DNA of 64,000 nt from positions 1 through 64,000 of the forward strand of contig RSEE01000108.1 of NCBI GenBank assembly GCA_003971905.1, read 5' to 3'. Below the pieces are notes generated by a model. That model worked only from the letters and a program-made list of their open reading frames with translations, was not told where the DNA came from and ran no database searches. A program made the position numbers and the translations under genes. This document shows, piece by piece, positions 41,095 through 54,982 of this stretch. Within the stretch, counting starts at the first letter, position 1. Each line of letters opens with the position of its first letter. This DNA comes from Moniliella sp. 'wahieum' (taxonomy: Eukaryota).

Positions 41095-42457
41095 ATGTCC
41101 TCGATCCACGACAACCCCCATGACCCCAGTAACCCTAGCGCGCCGCACCCCATCGCGCGGCGCGGCCCGATCCGACCCCCCGTCCGACCCCCCCTCTGAC
41201 GCTCCGTTCGACGACGATGGCCCGGAGTGGTTCCACCCGGCTGGCCCCTCTGAACCCCCCCCCCATGCAGCTCCGTCTGTTGCGCCCGCGCCCCCGGGGT
41301 ATACATTGCCTGCCTCCGACCTGTCCGGCCTGGACCTCGAGGCCGCTCAGCGCCGGGTCGATGAGGCCCGCAGAATGCGCCAGCTTCTGTTGACGGAGGC
41401 CCGGGAACACCAGGCCTACCTTGCAGCCCAGGAGGACCAGCGCCGCGCTTTCGAGGATGAGCAAGAGGCGAAGCGCCGTGAGCACCGCCTCCGTCAGCGG
41501 CGGGAGGAGGCGGCGCCTCGCCGCGGAAGAGGCCCGGTTGGCCGCCTCGGTACGGGAGGCTCAAACTGGCGTGGTGTCCTCGGGCCCCGCCCCCGCTCCC
41601 GCCCCTGGGCCTTATGGTGATCCGACCGCCATCCGAACAAGGTGTCGGAAGAGCCGAAGATGTTCGAGCCCGTTCGTTTCCGCCCGTCGTCTGGTGCGAA
41701 TCCCAACTCTCGGGACCGGGTCCAGGCCCAGCACGTCGTCACCCTCCTTCGAGATTTACGCGCGCGTCGCCCTCACGCATCTGGGCGCGGCGGCATGGAT
41801 CGACCGCTTCATGGGCCTGCTGCAGGGGAGGCCCTCACTTGGGTCGAGCAGTTCGGTTCGGAGGTGGCCCTTCCCCTGGAGCGGCACCACACACCGCCCT
41901 CCGGTCTTGGCCTGCGTTTCGCGCAGCTTTCCTGGAGCAGTGGGCGAGCGCAACCCGGCGCTGAAGGCGTTTGAGGAGTTTGGTCGTCTTCGGCAGACGG
42001 ATCTGCAGCGGACTATTCCGCTACGTCACGGTTCTGCTGCGTCGCTGGAACCCCAACGCGTCGGATGAGGACCGCTACTATCACTTTCTGTACGGCTTGA
42101 AGCCGCGGGTGCGTGACGCAATCGCCTCCCGCGGCGAGTCGGCTCACTTTGGACGGATCAGTTTCGAACAACTGCGCACAGCGGCCATTGACATCGACCA
42201 ATCGCAATCGTTGGGCGCTCATGGTACCGCAACCTCCCCGGGATCGGGCGGCAATCATTGGTTTCGGCCCTCGTCGCCCGAAGCCGAGCCCATGGACCTC
42301 AGCGCAGCCACCGCCACCGCCGAAGCCGGCACGGCGCACCGAGCGCCGCGCTCAAGGTGCGTGCTTCTACTGCGGTTCCCGTGACCACCTCATTGCCGAG
42401 TGCCCCACGTCCAGGTCTCCCCGCCGCCTCCTCGGCCCCGCCGCTGATTCTGTCTGA
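41095..42457 (+). CDS. Gag of the Gypsy element (CCHC zinc knuckle)
   Basis: ATG at 41095; FLYGLKPRVR, EPMDLS and CFYCGSRDHLIAEC (CX2CX4HX4C); frameshifted. Confidence 0.85.
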
Positions 42458-45400
42458 GGCGGCAGTGGGGCCCTGTCCCCCCTCCTCTCGGTCTTTCACG
42501 GTACTCGCCCATCTGCATCCTGGCCCCTCGTCTCCGTCTCCCTTTTCCCCGATCCCGGTCACCGCCTTGGTCGACTCTGGTGCGAACAGTATTTTCATGG
42601 ACCATGGTTTTGCCCGCCAGCATGGCCTGGTTCCTCGCACGCTGCCGTCGCCTGTGGTCGTCAGGGTGGTAGACGGGCGTCCCATTTCCTCGGGTCTGGT
42701 GACCCAAGCGGTGAAGGCGCCTGTCGTGATCGGCTCCCATGTCTCAACTGAGGAGTTCTTCCTCACTTCCCTCCATCACCCCCTCATCCTCGGCCTCCCT
42801 TTCCTTGAGACTCACAACCCCAGCACGCGACTACCCCTCGCACACCCTTTACTTTGATAAGGTGCAGTGCCGTGATCACCATATGCCTTCCACGACTGTA
42901 CCCCCTCAGCCCCAACCCCCACCCAAGCCCCAAGACCAGCCCAAGCACCAAGACCAGCCCAAGCACCAAGACCAGACCAGCACCAAGACCAGCCCCAGCA
43001 CCAAGACCAGCCCAAGACCAAGACTACGCACCAGCACCAGCACTCGCCCGGGCCCCGGCCAAGTCCACCTCCCCATCTAACCCCATCTCGCCCCCCTCTG
43101 TCAACTCGATTCCTTTTCCCTCCTCGGTTCCCTCCCAGCCCGTCCCCTCCTCCCCTCTCTTACCCACTTCGTCCCACCCCCCGTCGCGCGGTACGCAGCC
43201 TCTTTCCCACACCCCCTCCTCGGCGCCCTCTGGCCCGGGTCCCTCCTTGCCTTCTCTCGGTCTGGACCGCCTATTGACATTCTCTCTCTGGAGCAGTTTG
43301 AGCTCGAGGTGGTCAAGGAACCCGAGGCCATGGTAAACGTCGCATTTCCCCCTGAGCCCGAGTTGGCCGTCTCGTCCGTCGCGGTCGCTGGCGGTCCCGA
43401 GCCAAGTTTCCCGACGAGTGTGACACACCGAGTACCTCGAGCACGTCCGCCAGACAGTCCCTCCCCGCTACCACTCCTTCCTTAGCGCCTTTTCCAAGTC
43501 AGGGGCTAAGACGCTCCCCGCCCATCGTGCCGCCGATCACGCCATCGACCTTGTCCCCGGCGCCCGCCCCACCTTCACTCGCCTCTACCCCTTGTCGACG
43601 GGCGAAATGCAGGCCTTGTCCCAGTGGCTCAAGGAAACTGGCTGCAGGGTTCATCCGTCCATCCAAGTCTCCCTTCGGCGCGGGCGTCCTGTTTGTCAAA
43701 AAGAAGGACGGCTCGTTGCGCCTGTGCGTGGACTATCGTGCGCTCAACTCGGTTACGATCAAGAACCGGTTGGCTCTGCCTCTGATTAGTGCTCGTTGGA
43801 CCGCCTCTCGGGGCCCGCATCTTCACCAAGCTTGACCTCCGTGGGGCGTATAACTTGTTGCGGGTGAGAGAAGGCGACGAGAGTAAGACTGCCTTCCGCA
43901 CTCGGTACGGACACTTTGAATCCCTTGTTATGCCGTTTGGCCTTTGCAACGCCCCTGCCACCTTCCAAGCTGTGATGAACGACCTCCTCCGTGACCTCCT
44001 CGACGTCTCGGTATTGGCATACCTCGACGACATCCTCATCTTTTCGACTAATGAGATGGAGCACGAGCGCCACGTTGCCGAGGTCCTCCGGCGTCTGCAG
44101 CTGGCCAAGTTCTACCTCAACCCCGACAAGTGTCAGTTCCACACGCGCACGAGTACCTGGGCTACGTCGTTTCGCCTGACGGGATCGGGATGGACCCGTC
44201 CAAGGTTGAGTCGATTCGGTCGTGGCCAACACCCAGAACCCTCGCCAAGTCCAAGTCTTCCTCGGCTTCGCCAACTACTACCGTCACTTCGTCCTTTTTG
44301 CCGTATCTCAGCCCCTCTGTCCGACCTGACACGCAAGGACCAGCGGTTTTCTTGGACCCCAGCCTGCGAAGAGGCGTTTGCCGAGCTCAAGCGCGTCTTT
44401 GCCTCGCCCCACCTCCTCTGCCACTTTGATCCACTCGCCCCCTTCGCCTCGAGACTGACGCGTCGGACGCGGCGCTTGGTGCGGTGCTCGCCCAGCAGGA
44501 TGTTCACGGTCGTTGGCGGCCGGTCGCCTTCCATTCTCGCAAGTTCACCGCGGCCGAGCTGAACTATACTACGTCCGAAAAGGAGGTGCTGGCCATCGTG
44601 GCCGCCGTGGAGGTGTGGCGCCATTACGTCGAAAGTGTTGAGACTGTCCAAGTGCTTACGGACCACGAGGCCATTGCTACGTTCCGCCGTCCCCGCCTGT
44701 TGAACCGCCGCCAGGGCCGATGGCGCCAGACCCTGTCCCCTACCGCCTTGCTATGGTGTACCGTGCCGGGCAGAAGAATGGTGCGGCTGACGGGTTGTCG
44801 CGCCGTCCCGACCTCGCTGAGGGGCCCCGGCCCGCTGACGCGGCACCTCAAGTACTGGTGGAGCCCATGTCCGAACGTTCTGCCGCCGCCCTCGAGCTCA
44901 TGGCGGCGGACCCCGATACACCGGTGGTGGGGCGAGTGTCTGCCGACGAGATTCGACAGCGCATCCGCCAACTCCTGCCTCGTGACCCTCGTTGGTCCCT
45001 TGCTACGGCTCCACGCCCACCCCGCCATGCTTTGACGGTCCGCGACGGCCTTTTGTGGCACGGAAACCAGGTATACGTCCCCAGCGACCCGCCGATCCGC
45101 GCTGCCATTCTCCACCAAGCCCACGACTCGGCATTGGCGGGCCATGAAGGGCGCGACAAGACGTTGGCCCGTGTCCGCGCTCAATATTGGTGGCCCCGCC
45201 TGTCAGCCGACGTGTGGGCCTACGTGCGCTCGTGCGACCGCTGTCAACGGACCAAAGCGCCTCGCCACCAACCCGCTGGACTCCTTCAGCCCCTTTCCCC
45301 TCCCCAAGGCCCGTGGACCCACTTGACGATGGACCACATTACCCAGCTTCCCCGATCCAATGGTTACGACGCGATTCTGGTGGTGGTGGATCGTTTTACC

Positions 45401-46450
45401 AAAATGGGTCACTTCATTCCCGCCCACACGACGGACACTGCGCCCCAGCTCGCACGCCAGTTTGTACACCAGGTCTTTCGCTACCATGGCCTTCCCCGGG
45501 ATCTGGTGAGTGATCGGGGACCGACCTTCACAAGCCACTTCTGGCAAGCCTTGTGTGCCGACTTGGGCATCAAGTCGAGCCTCAGCACCGCGTACCACCC
45601 CCAGACGGACGGCCAGACTGAGCGACTCAACCAGATCCTCGAACAGTACCTCCGCTGCTACCTCGACGAGCAGCAGTCCAACTGGTTCGATCTCCTCCCC
45701 ACGGCCGAATTCGCCTACAACTCGTCCTCCCACTCGAGCACCCACCAGTCCCCCTTTGTCCTCACCTATGGTTACTCCCCCCGGGGGGAGTTGGAGCCCT
45801 CCACTTCGCCCGTGCCCGATGCTGCGTCATATCTGGAGGATTTGCGTTCGGCCCAGGCGGTGGCCCCGCCGCACGCTCGCCGCGGCCCAAGAACGCTACA
45901 AGCATTATGCCGATCAGCAGCGCACCGAGGCGGCTTCCTTCACTGCGGCCAGCCTGTTTTGGTCCGTCGGGACGGGTATGTGTCCAGCCAGCGGCCTTCT
46001 GACGGCCTGGACTATCGCTACCTCGGCCCCTTTCCCATTGTCCGCGCCGTGGGCCGCGCCGCGTACCAGGTCCGCCTCCCCGACTACCTACACCTCCATG
46101 ACGTGTTCCATGTGTCCCGCTTGCGAGCCTACACCCCTGGTGACGTGGTCCCTGCCCGCTTGATCGAGCCCCCGCCTCCTCTCCCCGAGTTTGCTGATGA
46201 TGGTGCGGTTCATCACGAGGTCGAGCATGTCCTCGACTCTCGCCGCAAGGGTCGTGGAGGCCGCATTGAGTACTTTGTTCACTTCCGGGGCTATCCTGTC
46301 CACGAGAGGGAGTGGGTACCCGCTGCGGACATGTCTCATGACGCCGAGCCAGTGGTTCGTTTCCACGCCCTCTACCCCGATAAGCCTGTCTCCCATGCCC
46401 GCCGACTCGCCCTCTCTCGCCTTCGTCGCCGCCCGGGAGATGAGGTCTGA
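42440..46450 (+). CDS. Pol polyprotein: protease, RT, RNase H, integrase, chromodomain
   Basis: [68 protein letters not shown]...[48 protein letters not shown]. Confidence 0.95.
42920..43035 (+). repeat. 18-bp tandem repeat (CCCAAGCACCAAGACCAG-like) in the PR-RT linker
   Basis: About 5-6 imperfect copies encoding PKHQDQ. Confidence 0.8.
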
Positions 46451-46460
46451 AAGGGGGCAA

Positions 46461-46641
46461 TGTCATAGTTTGGCTGATCTCGCTCCCATTTCCAATTTCT
46501 TCGTCTCGAGCGTCTCGCTCCTTCCCTGTTCCTTCCACTTCGCACCATGTCCTCTGTTCTTGCTTCTTCCCCACGAACGATTGCTACACCCCTTGGCCTA
46601 GTCCGATCCTGGTCTCCCTCGCCTTAGCCCCGACTGTGACA
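46461..46641 (+). repeat. 3' LTR of the Gypsy element
   Basis: Preceded by the PPT, followed by TSD TGGAC. Confidence 0.97.
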
Positions 46642-47023
46642 TGGACACACATTATATTTGAGCTAGGCCCTGCGTCCGAGGGCGGTGAGATGTGAGATGG
46701 GCAGGTATTCGTCGTCTGGCCTCTGGCCTGCCTTTGGCCTGACGGCCGCAAGAACCACCGAAAGTAGGTCCGTGTCACATCTCCTGACGTCACCGTCACA
46801 CGGGCTCTCTGGCCAGCGGCGTCAACTGGAACGCGATGGGCGGTCGGTGCCTAGTCGTCCGACGCTCGCGACGGTTTGCAGCTGCTCGCAGCAAGCACCC
46901 ACCCCGCGTCCGCCGCGCCCGCCCCCTCGGCCGCCTCGGCCACTACCCCTACACTACCACTACTACCGCCACTACTACCGCCACTACTACCGCCACCGTA
47001 CCATCTGTTGTCTGTTGCTTGCC

Positions 47024-47305
47024 ATGCCACCCGTCGGCGGGAAACGTGCTGGCCACACTGCGCCTTTAGCAACTCGGATGTGGTGCCGTACGTCTGCAAT
47101 GTGACATGTGCAATGCTGTTTTTCGTCGTGCTGCTGCCCTACGCCGTCACCAACGCATCCACACAACGAACGGCCCTTTGGGTGTGAATTCTGTCCACAA
47201 CGGTTCACCGTACCGACCTGCTCCAGCGCCATGTCGCTCGCTACCATCCTGACCCTAACCGTCAGTTTGGCGAGAGCAGCTGCTGCAACCACAACACAGC
47301 AGCAA

Positions 47306-47357
<52 letters not shown>

Positions 47358-50300
47358 ACAACAACAGCAACAGCAGCAACAACAACAGCAACAGCAGCAA
47401 CAACAACAGCAACAACAGCAGCAGCCACTGTCCCCGGACCTTCCTACATATCGTCAACACAGCCCGCGCTCATCAGTCCACACACGCAACAGCTTTGCTC
47501 TTTTTCGCGTCGCAGGCCAACCCATCGACGCCGACCCTGCTGTCTCGGCTACCCCGTTCAGTCTCGAGATTCTTCGGGCGGGACGTTCCCGAACCGTTCC
47601 AGCTGGGGAGCTTTCAGTACCAGGCGTCTCCCGTGGCTTCTGGGCCTGGGCCAGGGCCTGGTCCGCCGCCTGCGCAGGCAGCCATGTACCTTCCTGCGGC
47701 TTGACAGTGACAGTGGTGGGGGCCTTGCCTTGACGGGAGACCTCGGCGTGATCCTTCTTCTGGCGGCATGGACGCCTTCCTGCGCAGACGCGCAATCGGG
47801 AACGGGGTCGACGCATGCGTCCGGTACGCAGTCGACGAGCGCGTGCAAGCGCGCACGTTGGACCGACGCTGACTCCCAGTGCTGGTTCAGCGCCTGCTTC
47901 AGCCTCGGCTTCGGCGTACGAGTTGGCGGGCAGCTTGCGCGGCTTGTAGATCCGGACGGGGGGAGAGACCCGGGTGGTGCGGACGGGTAGCGCCGTACGC
48001 GCCGAATGGAAGATATTGTATTGGCTGCCTTGTTGAGCCAACGCATCTCGGATGGCGCCAAGGGCGAAACGGCTTCAGTGGACAATATGTTACGCTTGGT
48101 GTATGCGGCGAGGACGTTGGCGTCGCCGTCGCAGTCGATCCCCGCTACGGTTCCACAAGCTAACTTGATTGGTTGGTCGGGACCGGGGGGTACACTTGAA
48201 TCCCTTATCGCTCTAACCCCCCTCCTGAGCCATGGGACTTGACTTTATTCGCTACCAAGTTTAATGGTCATCTTCCTTTCATTCACCAGCCGATCTCTTC
48301 TCGCCTCACCACGACTGCGACTTTGTTCACCCCCCCCCCCACCACTCCAGGGTGCTACCGACGCCTCGCAGGGGCAGCACGAGCCCAGAACTGGTCACTG
48401 CTGAGGCAGACTTGGTTCGTGCGATGGCCATCATTGGTCGCTGTTACCGTTCGACCCAACCGCTGGGAATGGCGAAAAAAAGAACACATGGTTGGCACTT
48501 GTCCTGGGCTGTACTATGGCAATGATATACTACTCCGCTTAAAGACGATCCAAGAACTGGTACGCACTTTCCTCCCTTTCCGCCCCCCCACTTACCATGG
48601 AGCATGGAGCATTGAGCATTGAGCAATGCACCATGATTGCACGTCTTCCCCCTTGCTGTTATTCTCCTCCTTTTGCTTTTGTTTTTACTGACGTCCGTTG
48701 CGATGCGCCAGACAAAGCAGGAAGATTCTTCGCTGTATGACTTCCGCGTACGCGTGCAACGGCAGCGTCAGCTGATTCTATGCGGCGCATCCAAACGTTG
48801 GTGCTTACGACGCTATTTACGTGTTTTTGGGCCGTCGGGCGCGGCGCGCGGACATGGAACACGATCGACGGTGGGCTGGAAAACACAAACGCGGACGTGA
48901 CGTCGATCCGGTTTACGCTGGTGCGCTGATGCAAGGCTCGTACCAACTGTGTGCGTGTTTGTCGAGCTAGACCGAGCGGTGTACGATGGGTTTGCATCGC
49001 ATGTTGCCCTGGACACTCTGGCTCGAGAGGGAATAGTGTCTCCGTACGCTCTGGGCCGCGTATACAGTGGACGTGTTACTTGTCATCTCGCACAAGTTGA
49101 CACCTTGGTTCCCCAATCCCGATCCGCTTACTGACATTTGCTGGGAACGGCTCTGGACCGCTGCGAACCCAATGGAATTCGATGCTGCGTGTCGTAAGTA
49201 CGATGCGACGCATTCCGACTCGCGTGCGCCGCCGACCCGCCTTCCAAGCCGACGTCAAGTACGTTGCGTCCGTCGGATTGGAGTGGGGCCAGTGCGCTGC
49301 CCGGGGGCAAGCGTGCGCGGTTCGAGGAGGACCGGGAGCGATACCGATCGGCACTTTTGGCCGTCCGCGCAGACGAGCAAAGGGTTGGGCACGAGCGAAC
49401 GGATGGAGCAGGACATCTGACGGACAAGGAGGATTGGGTGTACATCCCGCCTGTCTGTACGGGAGCGACCACCGAATTTGTGGGACGTGGTAGGTCTGTT
49501 TGTGCATTCGGACGAATCGGACGAGGCGGTGGTGTTGGCGGTGACTGCGCTGGCTGGGATGGATTCTGGTGTGGAAACGGGCGACGAGGGCTTTCGAGCT
49601 CGGTTTGGTTGGGCAGGAACCGAGGCGAGCAGCAAACCGTTTCCATCTGCTTTCTCTACGGGCGCCGGTCCCGCCGAACGGCCCGATACGATCGAAGAAT
49701 CCCCACCTGCTGAAGCGCAAGAGGACCAATCGCCACCCAGCATGGTTGGGGACATCAACGGTGTGTACGTAGGGTCCAAGGACAAGGGCACGATGTGTCG
49801 TCGTCTGAGTGCGACCGGGTACTGGATGATTCTTTCGCAATTGGTGTCGATGCTGTGTGGACTGTTGGCCGGGACACCGAGACACGCAAGCGACTTGCCT
49901 TTTTGGTGCGGGAAGCAGAACTTCGACTGCGCAAGCTGGGCAAGACGCCTGCGGAAAAAGGAGGTTTGTGGGAACATGAGCTGCACTCGGTCGACAAGGT
50001 ACTCTTTTCCGTCCGACAAAAGTTGGCACAAGCCAACGAGAATCTGTTGGCGCATACACCACGGTTACAGCGCGCCATGGCGCGCTGGCAAAAATCCTTC
50101 ACGGCCGCTGGCCATCCTTCTCCTCGTCCGCGGCCTTCGCACCCCCCGTCTCGCGGGCAGCAGAACGGCAAGGGGAACCCAAGATAATAAAGGCAAGAAA
50201 GAAAGGGCGGTTTTCTTACGCCTCCCGTTCTGGCGTGAACCTTTCTCTATGTACTGGGCGGCCCTTCACCACATTTTCGTCTGCACCACTTGATTCAAAA

Positions 50301-51471
50301 CAACCGTCGCGAACTGGGGAAACAGACACGTTCGTGCCTCTTTGACCCGGCCTCCGCGCCCAACGGTTCAAACCTGTCTTGCGCACCTGCCTCCCAGCCC
50401 CCTCCTGCCGCCCTACAACGCAACCGGCCACTCAAGCCCCGTTCCTGCCTCCTGCTGCTGGGGGGGGGCGTGCCGTTCCCATCGAGCGGCGGGACAGGGA
50501 CAGGGACGATGGGGGGGACGTCAATGACAGGTGATCAGCGGATGGATCTGATGCCGCTTCCCATTCCTCCGATCGAGGGACAAGCAACCAATGGTGGAAC
50601 CGGGGGGGTGGCGGAGGACTGGGCCAAGTTGCTCATGACCGATGGTCTGGGAACCGAATCGCTCAACAACCTTTTCTTCCTGAACCTGCCCCGCCCACTG
50701 CACCGCACATGTCCCCTTCTACCTCGCCCGGATCTCAACCGGGATCGGGATCGGTAGATATGTCACCTGGAGCGTGGCAGGCTGCGCACCAGGCGCTTTC
50801 GCAGCCTCTAGGTGCGGACCTACAAGATCTAGCACACCTGCGGACGTTGTACTCGCCTGTGCCCGATAACCAGACATGGTTCCCGCCGCTACCCGAGCCG
50901 CACACGAGGGCGGCCGGGACCGCGGCTGTGCCCGCCGCATCGGGGACGGGACCGAGGGGGACGCAGCTGCCTTGGCGCTGCACCGGGGCCGACTGGTGTT
51001 GCAGGTAGCCTTGTTGCGCAAGGCGTTTGCCGGGTACGGGCCCTACGGCCCAGCCAAGACGTATGCCGCGTATGGCCCGACGGGGCACGCGTACGACGTG
51101 GTGGTCAGTGGCAGTCTGTGGGACCGGCCAGCGGGCGGATGTGCTGGTGCGCCCGCTGGAGCAGGTGGAACAGGTGGGGCAGGCAGGGAGCAGCGTGCTG
51201 GGCCGAGCACTGGGCCCGGTGCGAGTGCGACGCCCGGCGGGGCAGACGGGGAGAGCGAGTCGGACCCAGGGATGGCGGAGGAAGCAGAGGAGGATGGCCA
51301 TGGCCCGAGCGCGATCTTGAATGTGCTGGGGTGCTGCGGCTGCACGTGTACCTGCGCGAGGCGCTGTATGGGCAAGATGGCGGGGCGCAGATCCCAGCGG
51401 CGGTGGGGTCGGACGAGCAGATGATGCGCGTGCTGCCCACGCTCGCCGCCTGGACGCCGACAGCGCGCTGA
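47024..51471 (+). CDS. C2H2 zinc-finger transcription factor with a fungal-specific TF (Fungal_trans-like) region; heavily frameshifted
   Basis: YVC..C...LRRHQRIH, linker (T)ERPFGCEFC, DLLQRHVARYH; CAG/CAA tract; LFATKFNGHLPFIHQP at ~48245-48290. End approximate. Confidence 0.75.
47297..47424 (+). repeat. CAG/CAA trinucleotide tract (probable polyQ of ~40 residues)
   Basis: Read directly, just after the zinc fingers. Confidence 0.9.
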
Positions 51472-51859
51472 CGATGCTCTTCCCCACGCTCGAGCTGTAG
51501 CGGGCGGATGGGATGGTGGAGAGGAATGGCATGGCATGGAATGGAGTGGATTGGAGTGGAATGAGTGGATTGGAGTGGAATGAGTGGATTGGTGGAATGT
51601 GGATTGGAGTGGTTACAGCCTCGAGGGATGGGGAGCAGAGAAGCGTATATAACCAAGGGCGAAGGTCAGGCCGCCGCAAGGGTTGAAACGCGCATCGGGC
51701 AGTCACGTGCGCGCTGGCCGAGCGGCGGTGAAAACCCGGGAGCACCACACACACACTGCCCTCGTGCCCACCAGCCCATTTCATTGTCACCGACTGGTCA
51801 CCCTCACCCGTCACTCCCTCTCACTCCCACTCTCACGCCTCACGCGCACCGCCTCCTTG

Positions 51860-51970
51860 GCCTCGCGCGCCCTCCTTCCTCCTCCTCCTCCTCCTCCTCC
51901 TCCTCCTCCTCCTCCCCTCCTCCTCCTCCTCCTCCTCCTCCTCTCCTCCGCATCCTCCCCCCTCCCCCCC
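51860..51970. repeat. (CCT)n microsatellite
   Basis: More than 20 CCT units upstream of the ATG at 51977. Confidence 0.9.
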
Positions 51971-51976
51971 TCCCCC

Positions 51977-54485
51977 ATGCCCCCCCCCGCACGCACCCCG
52001 CCCGCTGCGCCCGACACCGAGGCCGACGACGAGTGCTCGTCCGACAGCGACCACCACGGCACCCTCTCCACCGCCTTTGACCGTCTGCTGGCCACCGTCG
52101 TCGCGCCTTCTCCCGGTCCTCAGTCGCCCATCGCCGCCCGCGGCCTGGCCGCCGACCTCTACACCCCTCCTGCCGGCTTGACTTCGGCCTGCGCGCTCCG
52201 ACCCGCCTGTCCTTCCCTCCTCCAGTCCACTCAAAGGCAAGGGCAAGGCCAGGGACAGGGACAGGGACAAGGCCAAGGCCAAGCGCAAGGCCAAGCGCAC
52301 CGACTGGGCAAGCGACAACGACACGAGCAAGATCAAAAGCAAGGGTAAGACCAACGGCGGAGTCCTGCCCGTCTCGCCATTACGTCTTCCTTCTGCCTCG
52401 GATGCGTCCTTGCCCTTGACCTTGTCGGTGCCGAACCCGCCGCCTTCGTATAAGCGCGCACGCTCCTTGGCTGCGCGCCTGTTCTCCAACCCGCCCGCGC
52501 GCTACCCCTCGGCCGCTCCTCCGACTCGCACACGCAGCAGGCCTACTTGCCGCCGACGCAGGAAGTGCCTGATCCTGAAACTGAGGGGAAATGCTCTCCA
52601 CCACAGGGGTCGGGGGACAGTGTTCAGGCCACCTTCGTCTTCGCGCCAGCCTTGGAGCTACGTTGGGCGTGGACCGCCCTTGGCTTTACCGCAGTACGGC
52701 ACGTTGCCTGGACGCCGACGAACACGAACTATCTCTGAGGTGAGCGGGTACCATGCGGGTCATGGGTGGTGGTACAACCTCATTCGTCCCCCGGCCAGCA
52801 CGGTGGAACGCTGGCTCGATTCTTGGTCCCAGAGGTGGACGATGCTTGTGGTTGTACCCAGTTGTATTGTACGTGTCTTCTTTTTTTTTTTTTTCTTCCT
52901 TCTTCGCCTTTGTCCTCGTTCCCCCCCCCAGCCCGATGCAACATATGGACAGGACCGCGACTGAATCGTGAAGACTGACAAGAGGGACCCTTTGCTTGTG
53001 TTCTTGCCAGGTGTGGTTCTGGTGTGCCGTGCCTTTTCCCAAGTCGAGTCCGACTGACCCTAATGGCCCTTGGTGTGCGGGGCCCACTCCGCCCCCCTGG
53101 TGTTCTCCCACTCTGCCTATGGGAGCGACCGCACCAATCTCGTCGTCGATAGCGCTGGAGCCGGACCGGTTGGCACCGAGCCTTGCGCTGCAAGTGCAGA
53201 CGTTTGTCCGTCTCTGGTTTGCCAAGGTGTTCGAGGCGACGTTGGTGCCGAGCCTGTTTGTGTCGGAGCCAGTTCCGCCAGTAGACGCCAACTTTTGGTT
53301 TTTCCTCATTTTTTACTATGGGCTGTACTGTGCGGTGGGGCTGCTGTGGATCACGCAGCTCTTTACGCTGTACCGGCTCAATTGGTGGCCCAAGGCGTTG
53401 GGAGCCAAGATTTCCTACACGTTTTTCTGGGTGGCCTCGTTGGGCGCTGGGTACGCGCTGCATGAACTGGACCTCTACCGACACGCGGACGAGCCGGATG
53501 GAGACTGGGACTGGGAAGGCGACGACGTGCAGTGGCAGCGCAAGACCATGTGGGTGGGACTGGCATTTGCGACGATGGCCATGCCTGCGCTGGTGTTTTT
53601 GTAGGTCTTCGTCGTTCGGGCCGGCAACGGCACAGTGCGATGCTCACCGATCTCCAACGCACCTTTCTCGCGCGCCAATTTACACGCCGCATCCCCGCGT
53701 CGTACACGCGCTTCCTGTGGTTCATGTTGGCGATTGGGCTTGCGCTCGGCGCGCTGGTTCTGGGGCAGGCGTATGCCTCGGTCTACCTCTCCACCCTGCC
53801 GCACTCGGGGATCGAAGGCACAGCGTACGTTGCGCTGTGGCAGATGACCGTCACGCTCTTGACATTGGTGAGCAACTGGGTGCTACGTCAACGCGTTCGC
53901 AGTCGCGCGTTGAGCTTTGTGTTCCAGTACTACTTTTTCCTCACGTACTTCATCTTTTATCGCAACTTGTTTGCGCGCCTGCAGTCGTTCAACCAGTTTG
54001 CGCTGTTGCAGCTGCTGTCGTCGTTTTGGGTGTGCATCTGGTACCCGCTCTGCATGTCTGGTGCGGCGCACCGGATCGTGTCCTTCTTTGACCCGCACCC
54101 AGTTTCGTGGGAAGAACACGTGGAAACGATCGGGCTGTCGATCTACCTGCGCAACCTGGCGCAAAACACCACCATGGTCGCCTTTCTGGGCTGGGTGTCC
54201 ATCCTCCACTTTGGTCCGAACCAAGCGCTCTACCCGTTCTTTGCATTTGACGATCGCTACGAGTACTCCAAGACCATGCTGGGTGCGTCGGCGATTTGGG
54301 GCTCGGAATTGGCCTCGGCATTTGTCGCGCGCTTTCTGTGCAAACAAGTGTTTGCCGTGGACGTGACCAATTTGGGATTGGGCGATTTGCGCGCCTACCC
54401 CGAACTGGTGCCCACTTGCCTCTGGACGTCGGTCCATGTCCTGATGGACATGCTACTCTTCTTGCTCAAACTCAACTTTCGTTAA
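51977..54485 (+). CDS. Multi-pass fungal integral membrane protein of unknown function
   Basis: Many TM segments (VDANFWFFLIFYYGLYCAVGLLWITQLF, FQYYFFLTYFIFYRNLFARL, HVLMDMLLFLLKLNFR*); intron 52869-53010. Confidence 0.8.
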
Positions 54486-54982
54486 TCGGAACGGCAATGC
54501 CAATGGTAATGGTAAGGACGAGACCACTCCTCACGCACCATGCATCTCCCAACGGTATCCGGTCGCGACCTCTATCGCTTAGGCGCTTATACCCCTTCGA
54601 CCCTACCTCACCATCCACCCCCCCCACCCCCCTCTCCCCTTATCCTCATCCTCATCCGCATCATCATCCTGATCCTCATGTTCACCTCCTCCGTTCCCGC
54701 ACAGCACAAGAGAACCAGTACCAATGCCCCAAATATACATTGTGTCAAGCAAGGGCACACAGAAAGAAAGAGAAAGAGACAAGCAGCGCATAAGGCGCAT
54801 AGAAGCGTCCCAGGCCCGTAGAACCGGACGGGAGATAGATACGTTGTGTTGTGTTCTGTTGCGTTGCGTTGCGTGCGCCCGGACCCCCCTCGAGGTGGCA
54901 CACGCACGTCGCCATCGTCATCTACGCGCGACACGGCGTGTGCTGCGTCCCTGCGCAGGCGGTAGGGGAGGGTGCTATTAGA

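Larger units (their letters stand above)
40873..46641 (+). mobile_element. Full-length Ty3/Gypsy LTR retrotransposon (chromovirus)
   Basis: 181-bp LTRs TG...CA at 40873-41053 and 46461-46641. TSD TGGAC at 40868-40872 and 46642-46646. PPT AAAGGGGGCAA at 46450-46460. Domain order gag-PR-RT-RH-IN-chromodomain. Confidence 0.98.

Noticed and set aside
42400..42470. Programmed gag-pol frameshift or readthrough site
   Set aside because: The gag/pol frame relationship cannot be trusted given the indel error rate; no clear slippery heptamer.
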